Shown in pieces: positions 12,441 to 26,606 of a stretch of DNA of 64,000 nucleotides. Position numbers and translations under genes: made by a program. The notes beneath the pieces were generated by a model. That model was not told the DNA's origin. It saw nothing but the letters and a program-made list of their open reading frames with translations, and ran no database searches. Position 1 is the stretch's first letter, and every line of letters begins with the position of its first letter. The DNA is from Podarcis bocagei (lineage: Eukaryota): NCBI GenBank assembly GCA_964188305.1, contig OZ076903.1; one strand, written 5' to 3'.

Positions 12441-14580
12441 CTGTCAGGAAATAAAGATGTTATAGAAATGTAAAATTGTTAACAAGGCATTATGCTTTTT
12501 ATGAATGGATTCCAAATATTGTTGCATTTATCCATACACAATCTGCGTTGAAAAGCGATCTGTTCATGTGTTGCTAGAGTTGCCGTATCTTCTATCCACT
12601 GATCATAGAGAGACATGGCATTATCTTTCCAATAAATTAATATCAGTCTTTTTTATGACAGCATATATTCTTATGATTTATATAATGAAAGAGACATTTC
12701 ACAGCCCACACGTGAATATCAGGGACAGCCTGCCTTGCCATCTTCAACATCCATTGTGAAGCACTGGTGACAAGAAGCATGGCAGCACCAGAGACCCATC
12801 ACTTAAAGTTCAAATTACGTTACTATTATGAAGTCACTTGCAAGAATAGTTCCAACATTTGGGGGGGAGAGAATCTTAGCCCAGTATAACAGTCTCCCTC
12901 AACATAACGCTCTCCAAATTTTGTCAGATCACGACTCCCACCAGACACCAGCTGCATGGCCAATGGGAGTTGTAGTCCAACAATATACCAAGGGCATGAG
13001 GAATGTCATTTTGCATGGAAACACCTTTCAGATTTCCGCAATTCCACATGCTTGTGGTTTTGCTTGTGACCTAAAACCTTGTGCAAGCTTAGTGCCTAGA
13101 GCAAATTCCCAGGAATCTTAATTTTCACTTGTTGCAGATTGTTACGGTTAACGACCAACTATTGAACACATGCAAGTAACCTCTATAAGCACACTGTTTC
13201 AGAAGGCGAAGCTTAAGCACCCAGTGCTATTCGTAATCATTTCTCCTTCACAGAGAAAAAAGGGCATACACACATACACTCATGAGCACACGTGGGCTGG
13301 AGGCTTCACACATTTACACCCATTTCCCTCCCTCTGGTGCAACACCATTATGAGAAGGTCTTTGAGGTCCTTCTAGAGTTTCTACAACCTTCTTATAATG
13401 ACGCCAGAGTCTGTTTTACAAGTTAAGAAGAGGGCTTTCCTGCACACCTCCCCAATTTTGGGCTACCAGAAGTTTGCTATCTACCCGTTATGGAGAAATA
13501 TGGCTACAAATGCCAGCCTGATATGGTGTCCCGTCCCACCTTCAACTTCTGACTCAGCCATGACATTCAGTGGGTGCCCTTGGACAAGTCACTGCTGCTC
13601 AGATTGATCTACCTTACAGGTCATTTATGAAACCAAAATATCACTCAGAGCCCCTTAGAGGAAGAAAGGCTTGCATGTTTTAAGAAATGTAACAAATATT
13701 ATGTTTTCAACAAATCTACTCTGGGGCAGAAGTATCCCAGGCAGAAGGAACACCAGTCTCATGGTAATAGCTAACTTGTAAGTTGCTCTGACACATTCAC
13801 TAGTGACAACTTTAGTCCTGGGGAGGGGGCAGGCTAAGGTTTCATGGCTTATTTATTCTTTAAGTGTTTACGTAGCATCAATGACACTATACCCCAGAAC
13901 TATTCAAATGCACCCCTCTAAGTATTTCATTGTTCAACGCTCTGGAAGCATCTGGTGCAAGTTAAAGGGCTTGCAATTCATATATATCAAAAAAGCAATA
14001 AGCAAAAGCCTGAAACAAAGGTTTAACACTCAAAGCTATTCTAGGTTGCTCTGAAACAAAAGCCAATTGGAAAAAAGGGACACCATTATCCTCCTGCTAT
14101 TGTTCCAGATGAGTTTGCAAAACCATTCAAATCTCGAATGGCAAGATCCCAATGATTCTCTACAGTAGCGATGCACTAGAAAGGAAGGTGGCCTACAGAG
14201 ACACCGTGAAGCAGGAATGCCGGCATTTGGCAAAGCAATAGTTTACTTCTCAGATGCAGCAAGAAAGTATATGAACTACTAAATCGCAGCAAAGGTCAGC
14301 CACTTAGGGCGAATGATGCACTGCCCTCAAACTTCAGTCTGCCCTCAGCTATCCCCCACTGTCTGCCTTATTAGTTATGAACAGTCCAGGCGACGGCAAA
14401 GCCTGTCATCTTCCTCTTCCTTAGTCTCAGCGTGGCCCTTGTGTAACTTAACAAGGAGAAGGATGAGGAAGAAACTAGACTTAATTGGCTCTGCCCGTCA
14501 CTGGCTTTGGCACCACCTACTGTTAGCCTCCTACTTTACTAATTGTACAAATCATCACAACAAACATAGCTTCCGTACAT

Positions 14581-14921
14581 AAAGGTAAAGGTTGCGGCAC
14601 CCATCTTGCTTTACAGGCCGAGGGAGCCGGCGTTCGTCCGCAGATGATTTTTCCGGGTCATGTGGCCAGCATGACTAAGCTGCTTCTGGCGCAACAGAAC
14701 ACCAAAACCAGAGCAGCGCACGGAAACGCCGTTTACCTTCCTGCTGGAGCGGTACCTATTTATCTACTTGCACTTTTTGGCGTGCTTTCAAACTGCTAGG
14801 TGGGCAGGAAATGGGACCGAGCAATGGGAGCTCACCCCGTCATGGGGATTCGAACCGCTGACCTTCTGATCGGCAAGCCCAAGAGGCTCAGTGGTTTAGA
14901 CCACAGCGCCACCCACGTCCC
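14581..14921 (-). mobile_element. Sauria SINE
   Basis: Similar to the other copies in the window. Confidence 0.9.
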
Positions 14922-15526
14922 ATACACACCCTTAGAATTTTTTCTAACATACAAAGAAAGAGCCGTGCTTCCTTCCAACTAGGACATACAGCAGTACCTT
15001 GGTTCTCAAACGCCTTGGAACTCAAACAACTTGGAACCCAAACACTGCAAACCCGGAAGTAAGTGTTCAAGTTTGTGAACTTTTTTCGGAAGCTAAATGT
15101 GCTCCAATTTGAGTGTTACGCTTCCAATTTGAGTGCCACGCTTCTGTTTTGCGTGTTATGCTGAGGTCTGTCTGTTTTTGCTATTTATTTTGCATTTTTG
15201 TGGCTCTTTTCGTTTTGTTTTTGTGACTGTGTGGAACCCACTTCAGCTACTGATTGATTGGTTGTGTGACTGCAGTACATTGTTTATTGCTCTCATTTTA
15301 TGGATCAATGGTCTCGTTAGATCGCAAAAGTCATGTTAAATTGCTGTTTCAGGGGTTGTTTTTAAAAGTCTGGAACGGATTAATCCATTTTGCATTACTT
15401 TCTATGGGAAAGATTCCAAATTGATTCATTATAAGCTACGGGTATTTTCATGTTTGCTGCCTTACTGTTAACCATGTCAACAATGTAAAGACATGTGTTG
15501 AGTCCCAAGAAACTGAGGATATTTAC

Positions 15527-15588
15527 CTTTAAAGCATAATCTTTGCCACTTCCAACATCCTGAGCTTCATATACAAAAGCAAAGCCAC
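15527..15588 (-). CDS. GAK: GAK exon 2 (GGFAFVYEAQDVGSGKDYALK)
   Basis: AG/GT bounded, 62 nt. Encodes the Gly-rich loop and the catalytic Lys (ALK); frame continues from exon 1. Confidence 0.96.
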
Positions 15589-16022
15589 CTAAGGAGAAAG
15601 AGAAAAAGAGAGATGGTGGTGAAACTTAAATGTTTCTAGTAAATTAAGGCAATCTAACACAAGCACGGAGGGATCGCCCAGGAGAGAAAGCTGGATACAC
15701 TGTGCCAGAAAGGGCTTGAACATGCGCAAGATGACACCTTTAATTCAAGACAAGCAACACAAACAAACACCAGCATTAAAGCTTGTATTGTTCATACCTA
15801 GGAATTGAATTAAAGAGGAACCAGCAGGAGAGTACAGATTCCAACAGATTTGTTTTGCTTTGTTTTTTCATTTACGTCCCACCTTTTTCCTCAAGGAGCT
15901 CAAGGTAGACACACCCACACACCCATTTAATCCCCATAACAACCCTACAAGGTAGGTTAGGCTGAAAGGCAGTTCGCTTCATAGCCAACTGGGGATTTGA
16001 ACTCTGGTTTCCCAAGGTGCTA

Positions 16023-16376
16023 GGGACGCGGGTGGTGCTGTGGGTAAAACCTCAGCGCCTAGGGCTTGCCAATCGCATGGTCGGCGGTTCGAATCCCCGC
16101 GGCGGGGTGAGCTCCCGTCTTTCGGTCCCAGCACCTGCCCACCTAGCAGTTCGAAAGCACGCCAAAGTGCAAGTAGATAAATAGGTACCGCTGTATAGCG
16201 GGAAGGTAAACGGCGTTTCCGTGTGCTGCGCTGGTGCCGGCTCGCCAGAGCAGCTTCGTCACGCTGGCCACGTGACCCGGAAGTGTCTGCGGACAGCGCT
16301 GGCTCCCGGCCTCTTAAGTGAGATGGGCGCACAACCCTAGAGTCGGACACGACTGTCCCATACGGGCAGGGGTACC
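16023..16376 (+). mobile_element. Sauria SINE, distinct CpG-rich (young) subfamily
   Basis: 14-bp TSD ttcccaaggtgcta; 3' part differs from the other copies. Confidence 0.9.
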
Positions 16377-16748
16377 TTCCCAAGGTGCTAGTCCAACACT
16401 CTAACCCCAGCAGCACACTGGATGTCAGAAAGGAAAAACAGCCTATACGCTGCATTGCTTGTACTAACACTGCAGGCTACCTCCTGAATCAGAAGATTAT
16501 AAAGAGGTGAAGGAATGTCATATATTTCAAAAAATAAGGATAGAAGCTGTGGAGATGTGTGTGTGTGTGTCTCACGAGAGAGTGTGTATCTCAGAGTTTA
16601 CAGACCAGGAAAGAAGACAAATCACAATTAATATGAATTCATTTAGGCTCATAATATAACTGTACCAAGGGAGATATTGTGGTTTATTAAGGCTGATGTT
16701 TAAGTATGTGATCCAAATTCGCTCACAGATTACAGTAGATATAATATA

Positions 16749-16999
16749 CAGTTGTACCTTGGATCTCAAACAGCTTAGTTGCCGAACGTTTCAGCTCCTG
16801 AATGATCGAAACCCAGAAGTGAGTGTTCCGGTCTTTGAACGCTCTCTTGGAAGCTGAATGTCCGATGAGGCTTCTGTGGCTTCCGATTGGCTGCAGGAGT
16901 TTCCTGCAGCCAATCAGAAGCTGCGCTTTGGTTTCCAAACGTTTTGGAAGTCGAGCTGACTTCCAGAACGGATTCCGTTCGACTTCCAAGGTACGACTG
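16749..16999. mobile_element. Tigger-like MITE
   Basis: Termini cagttgtaccttgg...ccaaggtacgactg; related copy at 51342-51591 and a truncated relative at about 14990-15410. Confidence 0.8.
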
Positions 17000-18978
17000 T
17001 ACTTGTATTGCTCTGTTCTTCTTTTACAGTATATGTCTTGGAACATTTCTAACAACAACACCACATAAGTTACTGCTGAGCCATGATTCTTTGCCCCTGC
17101 TTTGAAGCATGAATAATCAGCCAGAGCCTCAGCTGCCACCATCAGCAAGTGTGCAAGACCTCCTGCCTGCATCTCCCTCTTTAATTGCAGGCAATACCAG
17201 TGGCAAAGTGTGGGGGAGGTACAAGGCGGTTGCCCCAGGCACAATGTTCTTAGGGGCGCAAAATTTCAACACCCATTGCTGCCTCAATACAGCTGTGCGC
17301 TTCCATCGCTGGGCTCCACTGAAAATGGCTTCTCCCAGCGAACCAGGAAGTGACCTCGCCAGACGATGGAACAGCTCTTCATTTCTTATCTCTACGGCTG
17401 TGATCTCCTGGGTGACGCAGACGCCATTAGGCAGTTGAATGCGCATGTGTACTCCCGTCCGTTTCCCTCCCACCCTACTCCACATGGCCCCGGGCACTGG
17501 CAACCCACGCTATACCACTGGCCAATACTAAAGGGTCCCTGGGAATGCATATGCACTGCAGCACACACTAGAGTGTCGAGCTTCTCTTCGAGCTAGAGCT
17601 CGATTTGTGGCACGCTGACAAAAACCTCAAGTGGGACTATTTTAAAACTGAATGCTGACAACCTGCCCTTTAAAAGCACATCACTCACCGACCAAGGAGG
17701 CTATGATTTGAGAAAGGATTCAAGAACATGATTAACTGGGCCCAGGTATTGTAATTTGCTATCATAAGCACATGATTTGTACTGTCAGACTGCTGAGTGG
17801 GTGATTGCAAAACACGAGCTCTGAACAAAAATACGTTCCATGTTAACAGGAAACACTCCCTGGCTGAGTCATAGGTACAACTAAGTCACAGTCAAAAGTT
17901 TCTTTGCAAAATTGCATCTTATTCCTGAATCACAGTGCTGCTTCATTTGCAATTCCAGCAGTCTCTTCCTGGAATTCTGGTGTGTTTTAGATTGGTTTAT
18001 TGTGCACCAACCCAAAACACAAATAAAGAAAGTTTCAAACTCTCACAGATGGCACAGTCTTCAACTAGATTTTGTGAATTGTTTTTAGGCAATTACTGAA
18101 GACCTTGCTGAAATCAATTTAAACTGTGGTGGCCATTTTTTTTAGTTTATTGTTGTTTTAACATTTGCTTAACATATTGTTTTAATACCTGATTCTTTTA
18201 TCTTCTATAACATACGAATTTTTAGATATTTATTTTGCTTTTCTCTAGTTTCTGTCTCAGGGTACCTCAATGTACCTTACGTTTGTTTGTTTGTTTGTTT
18301 GTTTGTTTGTTTGTTTGTTTTGTAGAAATGTGTGCTTCACGGTGATACCAGACCTGGTTAGGACAAAACCCAAATATTATGTAGAATATATATCCTCTCA
18401 TGATCTATGTCCTCTGTTTGTTAAAGCTTGCTCGCAGTTTGGCTGGCGTTTCAAGAGATCATGGGCAAAAACCCTACAAAAAAATTCAAGGCATGAAGTC
18501 CCTAATACCTCAGGAGCACAGGAAGTCCGGGCCTGGAAATAAATCAAAAACCTGCCACATCACAACAATAAATAACTTAAGGCCGGAAGAAGGAAGAAAG
18601 ATGTGTTCTCTTGATACTGCCGCTGCCTTAAGAAATATAACTGTCATATATATATATGTATAGAGAGAGAGAGAGAGATAGGAGTGGGGTTTTGCTAAGC
18701 ATTAAATTCCCATAAATGGAATAGAAGAATGACTATGTTGAATTAATTGTCAAAGACGGCTTGAATTATTAGTGAAAATGTGCAGGGGGTTATTACTGAC
18801 TGAAATCTTACAAGGTCCATCTGACGTCAACTCCCCGCCAACACCATTTTAGCTAAAACAGGCCCTGCTTCAAGCTTCTAGAAACAATAGTTCAGAGACT
18901 GGCACAAAAGTTAAACAGGCTTTCCCTGTCTACCACGCAAAACCAGTTTGAAACCCATATCGTGATCTCAGTTTCATA

Positions 18979-19393
18979 CAGTGGTGCCCCGCAAGACGAA
19001 CGCCTCGCGAGACGAAAAACTCGCAAAACGAAAGGTTTTTTCGTTTTTGAGTTGCTTCGCAAGACGAATTTCCCTATGGGCTTGCTTCGCAAAATGAAGC
19101 TTGCCCCGCAAGCTCCGGGGACAGCGGGAAGCGCAGCGCGTCTTCCCCTCTCTCCCCGGACCCCTTTTGAACTAAGGGGCGGCAAGGGGGAGAAGCGATC
19201 TTCTCCTCTCCACCCCTTGCTTCAAAAGAGGGGACAGAGCGGCGCTTCCCCTCTGTCCCCGGACGGTCTCCATAGGAACACATTGATTGATTTTCAATGC
19301 ATTCCTATGGGAAACCGTGCTTCGCAAGACGAAAAACTCGCAAGAAGAAAAAACTTGCGGAACGAATTAATTTCGTCTTGCAAGGCACCACTG
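18979..19393. mobile_element. Tigger-like MITE (cgcaagacgaa family)
   Basis: Termini cagtggtgcc...ggcaccactg with TA; related copy at 44542-44858. Confidence 0.82.
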
Positions 19394-19447
19394 TAATTTC
19401 TGACCTGGCAATATATCACAAATCATGATTTGTGTCTGTGGGCTAAG

Positions 19448-20052
19448 CAGGGTGGGTTTGATTTAAATCAAATCGATTTAAATCACTAGTCAGTATGACT
19501 TGATTTAAATATTTTTTTACAGAAAGACTCATTCTTGCTGGTATAATGTTAGCATTTACAACCAGATGAAGGTTTCATTTTTTGAATAATAAATTTTCAG
19601 AGTAGTTTTTACAGTTATATCAAAAATTGCTGATTTGATTACACTATTAGAAATACATAGACAATTATGAAATTATTGAGAGGTTTTAATAAGTTAACTG
19701 TTTCTTTTTGGAGAACTTTTCTGCTTACTATTGGAAGGAGAAAAATAATCATTTCCTGAACAACAATTTAAACAATTTATTTAACTAAAACAAAAACATT
19801 ATAGCATATGTATCCATGTTTGTTAACTGATGTGGTTAAAAGGTTTTTGAAAAAAAACTTCAGCACACATGAAAAGCTTAAAACAAATACTTTGGACTGT
19901 AATGTAACTTAAACAGAAAACTATCTGTAGAAAGATTTTTCCTCCAAAAGCATTTTATTTTACTAATCCAATTTAAATTTTAAAAAATCTGATTTAATTT
20001 TTTTTTAAAATCCGATATTTTTTTTTAAATCACTGATTTTTTTCCAACCCTG
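19448..20052. mobile_element. AT-rich hAT-type MITE
   Basis: Termini cagggt...accctg, 8-bp TSD gggctaag/ggactaag. Confidence 0.78.
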
Positions 20053-20938
20053 GGACTAAGAAAAAAATCACAATGTGGGAAAAACTGTGAAGCAAGCCAA
20101 TGCATCTACATAGTTACATCCTTACTTCAAACACTGCTATATCGATATTTTGCGATGTTTAGCTGGTGATATAATGCAATGTTGAAAGCCAGGTACCACC
20201 GCTTTTGTACATTTGAAGGAGGGTCTGGTCATAAGGTTGCTTTTGGACTAAAATGAGATATCTTGATGAGGAGGGATTAGGTTTCAACCAGACAGAACAT
20301 CTTCCAGAGGAGGCCTCACAAAACAAAGGTCCTATGACTACTAATGTGAGCATCTCACTGATTTTGGATGGTGGATGTAACTTCAATTCTCAAAAAAACT
20401 TAACAACTTTGGTTGGCCCTCACGCATGTTCATTTCATCAAATCTGGCCTTCTCTGAAAAAAGTTTGGGCATCCCTGTCCTTAGGCTGTGCCCACAATAC
20501 ACCCTCAAAGCACAATTTCGCCCTCAAATAATTCTGGGCACTGGAGTTAAAGGGCTGGTGGGATTTCTAATTCTGTGAGATGTAAACTACGGTTCCCAGA
20601 ATTCTTTGAGGGAAAGAATGTGCTTTAAAGGGTATGGTGCTTATGCAGCCTTAGTAATTTTCATAATGCTTCTTGGCTTCCAGAAGCAAACATCACCGAC
20701 CAATACAGTACTTCAGCCTTCTGGCCTTGATAAAACCACGCCATTTGGAGTAAACCAGCTAAACCACAGCCTTACAAAGACGGTGCCAAAACTTGCATTT
20801 AAAAGAGTGCACAAACCTGGCACAAATAGCCTCAAAAAATGTAGCTCTGTGACATTCTCACACCTACGCAAAACCGAGGAAGAGCCCATATCACTCTCTC
20901 ATACAAAGGCACTCTGGGGTTTTAAAGCCATCAAATAA

Positions 20939-20980
<42 letters not shown>

Positions 20981-21409
20981 TTATTTATAAAGTCTATAGC
21001 AATGTTGTTCCTTAATCAGGCTAATATAACAACTCTAGCTTTAAAACTAAAGAATCCAAACTACCTTTGGATTTAGTTTATGAGGTGTTCTAGCGACATG
21101 GTTTTCAGGTTTAATACACACATAATTTGGGCTCAAGGAGAAAGGCAGCTTGCAGTCCGAGACAGGACTAGCATGATTCCCAAAAATATGACCTTTTCCT
21201 TGTATTACTGACCAGGATGCAGAAGAGTTGTGGAGAGAGTCTCTACCAAAAATTGGGCATCCTCAATTCATGCATCAACAAAAATAGACACTTCGTGTGT
21301 GTGTGTGTGTGTCCATCAACTCACAGGTTTTTCACATCACAAATATGTTTCTAAGGTGAATCTGCCTATAGAAGCTGTTATGCAAGAGAACTGCCTTCAG
21401 AGAGTTATA

Positions 21410-21651
21410 CAGTGGTACCTCAGGTTAAGTACTTAATTCGTTCCGGAGGTCCGTACTTAACCTGAAACTGTTCATAACCTGAAGCACCACTTTAGCTAAT
21501 GGAGCCTCCTGCTGCCGCCGCGCCGCCAGAGCACGATTTCTGTTCTCATCCTGAAGCAAAGTTCTTAGCCTGAAGCACTATTTCTGGGTTAGCGGAGTCT
21601 GTAACCTGAATCATATGTAACCTGAAGCGTATGTAACCTGAGGTACCACTG
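21410..21651. mobile_element. Tigger-like MITE (cagtggtacctc family)
   Basis: TIRs plus TA; same family as 23421-23624, 34569-34793 and 46036-46261. Confidence 0.85.
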
Positions 21652-23420
21652 TAATCTATAACCATGGTATTAAACTAAGGGTATGTTCTCAGCTAATCAT
21701 GGTTTGTTTGGAGTGAAACAAGCCATGCTCTCCAGTTTTGATGTAATACCTAATTTGTTGCCCTCATTGGTTAACAGGAAGCAGTTAAAAAGCAGGAATG
21801 ATCCTGGCATTCACAGGCACTGGAACTAAGAATAAACTTAAGACCTTTACGTAGCTATTAATGCAATGGACAGGGGCAGGAACCTAACAAAACTGAGTAC
21901 ATTTGTATGCATTTATGGTTTAGCATCCAGGCACCAAGCCAAAAACACAGAAAACTAGATTGTTGCAAGGTTACAGAAGCAAGGAAAATGTAGTCACAGT
22001 AATCAATTCAACACCATTTCCATAAAGTAACAGAATGTAAGCTCTCTCTCAGAAGAGTTATAAAATGAATGAGATGAAAACTGTTACCCATCTTAAGACT
22101 TGAAAACAGATGTGAGAAAGAAGCTCTCTAGTTTAAAAGTGTCCCCTTGTGTCTAGCTAAAATCCAGAGACTTTTAAGATCTGGGCATAAATTACTTCTT
22201 AGGGAACAAAACCTCTCTACGCATCTAAATCTAAACACCCACTGTTGTCATTTCCTCCCTTGTAGCTGAGAAATTATAATTTCACTCCTTGAGACACCTT
22301 AAAATAAAATGCCAAAATCCTGAGAATGAGCACAGGATTATTTACTACCATGGAACTTCCAAGGCTGCTGATCATTAAGTGGGAATGTTAACCACATGCA
22401 AGTGTTCCTCCCGTTCTCATACAAAGCCCTTAAACAATTCGTGCCAAAAGATACTGAAAGTTGTCTTGTGTTCAGAAGCACTACTGATTCATTCCATACA
22501 AAAGCTCTAAAGTTTGAAGCCGGCCAATTTGACAAGACTGCAGTGAGCTTTATAATTGACTCCTCTGCTTAAGACTGTCTTGCCGCTTGGTATTTTTATA
22601 CGCCCTTCATAAAAACCACCTTTGCGAATTGCTGAGCAGTTTAATAGTTTTTGTTTATCTTCCATTTCACTACCTGCCCTTCAAAAATAAAAGCAGGCAG
22701 CTAAGAATTAGTTAGATCAGAAGCTACTTAAACCTACTATTGTGTATCTTCCCAGGAATTTGGGGAAGTGGATGGGTGGGTGGGAGAGTTTATTTTTTTT
22801 CAAAACAATACAAATTATTCTCACAGAAAAAAAGAAGCTACTTGAACAGGGCTCAGAACAGCTCGGAGGTTACTTCATACATATCCTTAAATCTACTCGC
22901 GGAACAGCATTGTTTTAATGGCTTCTTTTCTGTGTTTTATGTCAGCACCGCAAGACAAATTTTCTGGTCCCCTAATGTTCACATAAACAGATTGCAATGG
23001 TTTGTGAGGACAGTGTTAGAAACTCATAATGTAGAAACTACATTATTCCTCACTGTTATTCAAAGGCACTTCAGATTCCAACATTTTTTAGTATGCCAAG
23101 AAGCTTAAAACCGAAGAATGTGGAGATATAAAGAGGCTTAGGTAAAACAGTTTAAACTAATACTTCTTATTCAAGCAAGCCTTCAAGTTCGGTCTAATGC
23201 AACAAGCCAACACCATGAACACGGCAACGTGGGATCTATGCTATTTAAATTATTGTGCCGGCAACTTCCTCCACAATGAATAATTCCAGTTCCTTTCCCA
23301 AGTACCTATTGGGCTGGGATGCAGTTACAGAAAGATTCATATTGCTATTGTAAAGATCCTCTATTGTAGAGAAAGCATCACAGCTCAAAGATTCTAGGGT
23401 CCGTAAAAGTAGCCATAATA

Positions 23421-23624
23421 CAGTGGTAGCTCAGGTTACAGACTCCGCTAACCCAGAAATAGTGCTTCAGGTTAAGAACTTTGCTTCAGGATAAGAACAG
23501 AAATTGTGTGACGACGGCGCAGCGGCAGGCCCCATTAGCTAAAGTGGTGCTTCAGGTTAGGAACAGTTTCAGGTTAAGAACGGACCTCCAGAACGAATTA
23601 AGTACTTAACCCGAGGTACCACTG
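23421..23624. mobile_element. Tigger-like MITE, opposite orientation to 21410-21651
   Basis: TIRs and a shared internal sequence. Confidence 0.8.
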
Positions 23625-24854
23625 TAGTGTACAAATTTCAAAAAGTCCCAGACATACACAAATCCAAGACAGCTGTTGTTTTTTTTAAAAAAAAACACTT
23701 TACCCCTATTCTGCATAGACTGTGAGCTTTTGTCAAGTTTAAGTGCTCCTAGATGGTTAGCGCAATCTGAATTCTCTAATTCATATAATGCTAGAATTTG
23801 GGACCTCCCATTAAAAAAAAAAGGATGTTGTGAGTATTTGTTGATCCTAAACCTATTTTACACAACTCGTAACTAGCTTGTGGAAATTATAGCCAGAGTA
23901 TTTGCTAACTACCATTAGCGTAGAATTAAATTTTCAATTAAAAATATGTTAAAAAAATTATACAAACTCACAGAGACAAGCCTGTGACAGACATATCCAC
24001 CATGACTGCTAATTGGGGGCTATAGGATGAGAAATGTGTAGCTCTGGACATGAGAGGCAGTTGAATCATCAACAGTGGATAGCAACTGCCCCATTTGTGA
24101 GCTTCCCAAAAGCATCTGGCTGCAAATCGCTGCAAACTTGATGCTTCAATGGACTTTGACCGGCAGAAAAGGAGGATTCTCCAGCACTTGCTAACAAACC
24201 AAAGATTCCAGAAGGCATATTAAGGCCTAGATTTCTATGGCACACTGGCTTGCTATTGCAATCCACTTTGCTGTGTCTTCCATTGTAGTTCCTTGACATC
24301 TTATACATCACCGGAAGGATGAAATGCACTATCATTTAGGCATACTTCACTAATTGCTGTGTTCCTGGCACACCTTACTGTCCGAGTCACATCCTCTGAA
24401 GCCTGGCCCACTACGGCATTTGCATATCAAGAATCAATTCCCTCCTCCTGGACAGAGCCTTAAAAAATTCTCTACCAGTCAACTTCCTGCCTTTTCTCTT
24501 TTAAGATTGGAAAAATATCCACTTGCAATGTAAACACCAGGTACTTGGTAAAGCTTCAGGATTTCTGAGATAATGAGCAACGAAAGTTCTTAGAACTTTG
24601 AAAAGTTACTAGATTCTGACAGCAGCAGTCAGATCTAAGTTTCTAAAAGCATAACCAAATTAAAGACTCATCTGTGTGTATGGGGAGTGTTACACCACTT
24701 TAATAATAATATTTTTTTCTCCAAAGAATCTTGGGAATTTGTGATAGAAATGCTTGAAGGAGGACTCAAAGCAGAGATAAGTTTAAAGTTACAGCCCAAG
24801 TGTAGGGAAAACTTTTGGTCCTATGATCTTCAGATGAAGGGTGGAATAATAGCA

Positions 24855-24875
24855 GTAGTAGTAGTAGTAGTAGTA

Positions 24876-24925
<50 letters not shown>
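24855..24925. repeat. (TAG)n(TAA)n microsatellite
   Basis: Direct reading. Confidence 0.95.
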
Positions 24926-24926
<1 letters not shown>

Positions 24927-25157
24927 GATAGTGCCAAACTCCCATCAGTCCCAGACAACATGCCCAATGGTCAGGGATGGTGGGAGTTGAGATCTGTAGT
25001 TCAGGAACATCTGAAAAGCTGCAGGTCTCCAATCTCTGTTATAGTCTTTGCTTCCTACTCAGTTCAATGCCCTTTTCTACCAATTTCCTCCTCTAAATTT
25101 TTGTCCAAGACTTAGTGGAAGGCAATTACAGCTACATGAAAGCATCAACATTTCATA

Positions 25158-25510
25158 AAAGGTAAAGGGACCCCTGACCATTATGTCCAGTCGTGACCAA
25201 CTCTGGGGTTGCGGCGCTCATCTCGCTCTATAGGCCGAGGGAGCCGGCGTTTGTCTGCAGACAGCTTCCGGGTCAAGTGGCCAGCATGACTAAGCCGCTT
25301 CTGGTGAACCAGAGCAGCGCACGGAAACGCCGTTTACCTTCCCGCCAGAGTGGCACCTATTTATCTACTTGCGCTTTGACATGCTTTCGAACTGCTAGGT
25401 TGGCAGGAGCAGGGACCAAGCAACGGGAGCTCACCCCGTCGCGGGAATTCGAACCGCCAACCTTCTGATCGGCAAGTCCTAGGCTCTGTGGTTTAACCCA
25501 CAGCGTCACC
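25158..25510 (-). mobile_element. Sauria SINE
   Basis: Similar to the other copies in the window. Confidence 0.9.
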
Positions 25511-26155
25511 TTCAACATTTCGTAGGCCTCCCCTAAAAGATCTGGAGATGGAAAGCGGCAATAACTTCTCAGAACTCATCGGTAAGATAGCAAGCCAAAC
25601 AGCTTGACACAAATTGCGAGTCAGAGATATAGCAGGCCACAGGTAACCTTTTAGGTACCCCAACACATTGGTCTCAGTGAACCCACATAGCTTGAGTTAA
25701 TGTTTTAAAACACCACCCTGTCCACAATGCAGATTTATCTAAAGACAAATGAACACAATCACCCTTCTCGTTTCTGCTTCCTCTCCTTTCTGTGACAGTC
25801 TTAATTGTGGTTAAAGAGTTACATCTGCATCAAGCTTACCAATGGTTAACTAACATTAACCAGCATTCCATGGTAACCAAGGTTTGGCTAAGAGAATATG
25901 GCCATGGTCATCGTGGAGAAAGGGAAGGGGAATCTGAAAGCATAAGAGGTGCCTGGGAAGTAAAGAGACAAAACATGTGGCCAGCTCAAAGGATGGAGAC
26001 CAGAAGCATTACATCTGTATTGTGCCTATATGAACTTTCCAAAATGAAACCCAATTATACCTACCACAGTAACTCACCATAAAGTTAGCAGATGTGAGGC
26101 ATTTTTATATTCTCCATCACTGATTTTTAAAATGTCACCCTTTTGTAAAACGTGC

Positions 26156-26606
26156 GGTCAGGGGACTGCCATCGGAACAGGGGAGGGGGACAGGGGAATA
26201 CAGAGAGCCGCCCATGCTTCTGAGGAGCAGCTCCTCGTCCAGCGGTGGAGAAAGCCACACTTCCAATGGAGCAGAAGGGGAAGGGGGTAGCCAAGCGAGG
26301 GGAGGGCTCGAAGATGCTACTGAGAGCCCAAGCACCTCATCTAGCCCAGGAAGCAGACATGCCGTTTCCGTCGCCCAGCTTGCACAGAGGGGTGAAACGC
26401 AAGGAGGGGAGGCGGAGATTTGGGGTGTCTAAGTTCTTATTTGGGGGGAGAAACCGGAAGGGGCCACTCCTGGAATCTGCAAATTACTGAGACGGATATG
26501 AACTTTGGGGTTCTGCACTGTAAATAGTTTTCACCAATAAAACCTGTAAAAGACAGGTTGGAGTCCTGCCTGGTTACTCACGAGCAACCACCACCCGCAC
26601 CTGACA
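26156..26606 (+). mobile_element. Solo LTR, Gypsy-like
   Basis: Termini ggtcagg...cctgaca (expected TG start mutated), 5-bp flanks cgtgc/cgtgg, AATAAA near 26536. Confidence 0.6.

Noticed and set aside
24687-25115. Poly-Ile/poly-Leu membrane-protein-like ORFs
   Set aside because: Translation of a (TAG)n(TAA)n microsatellite.
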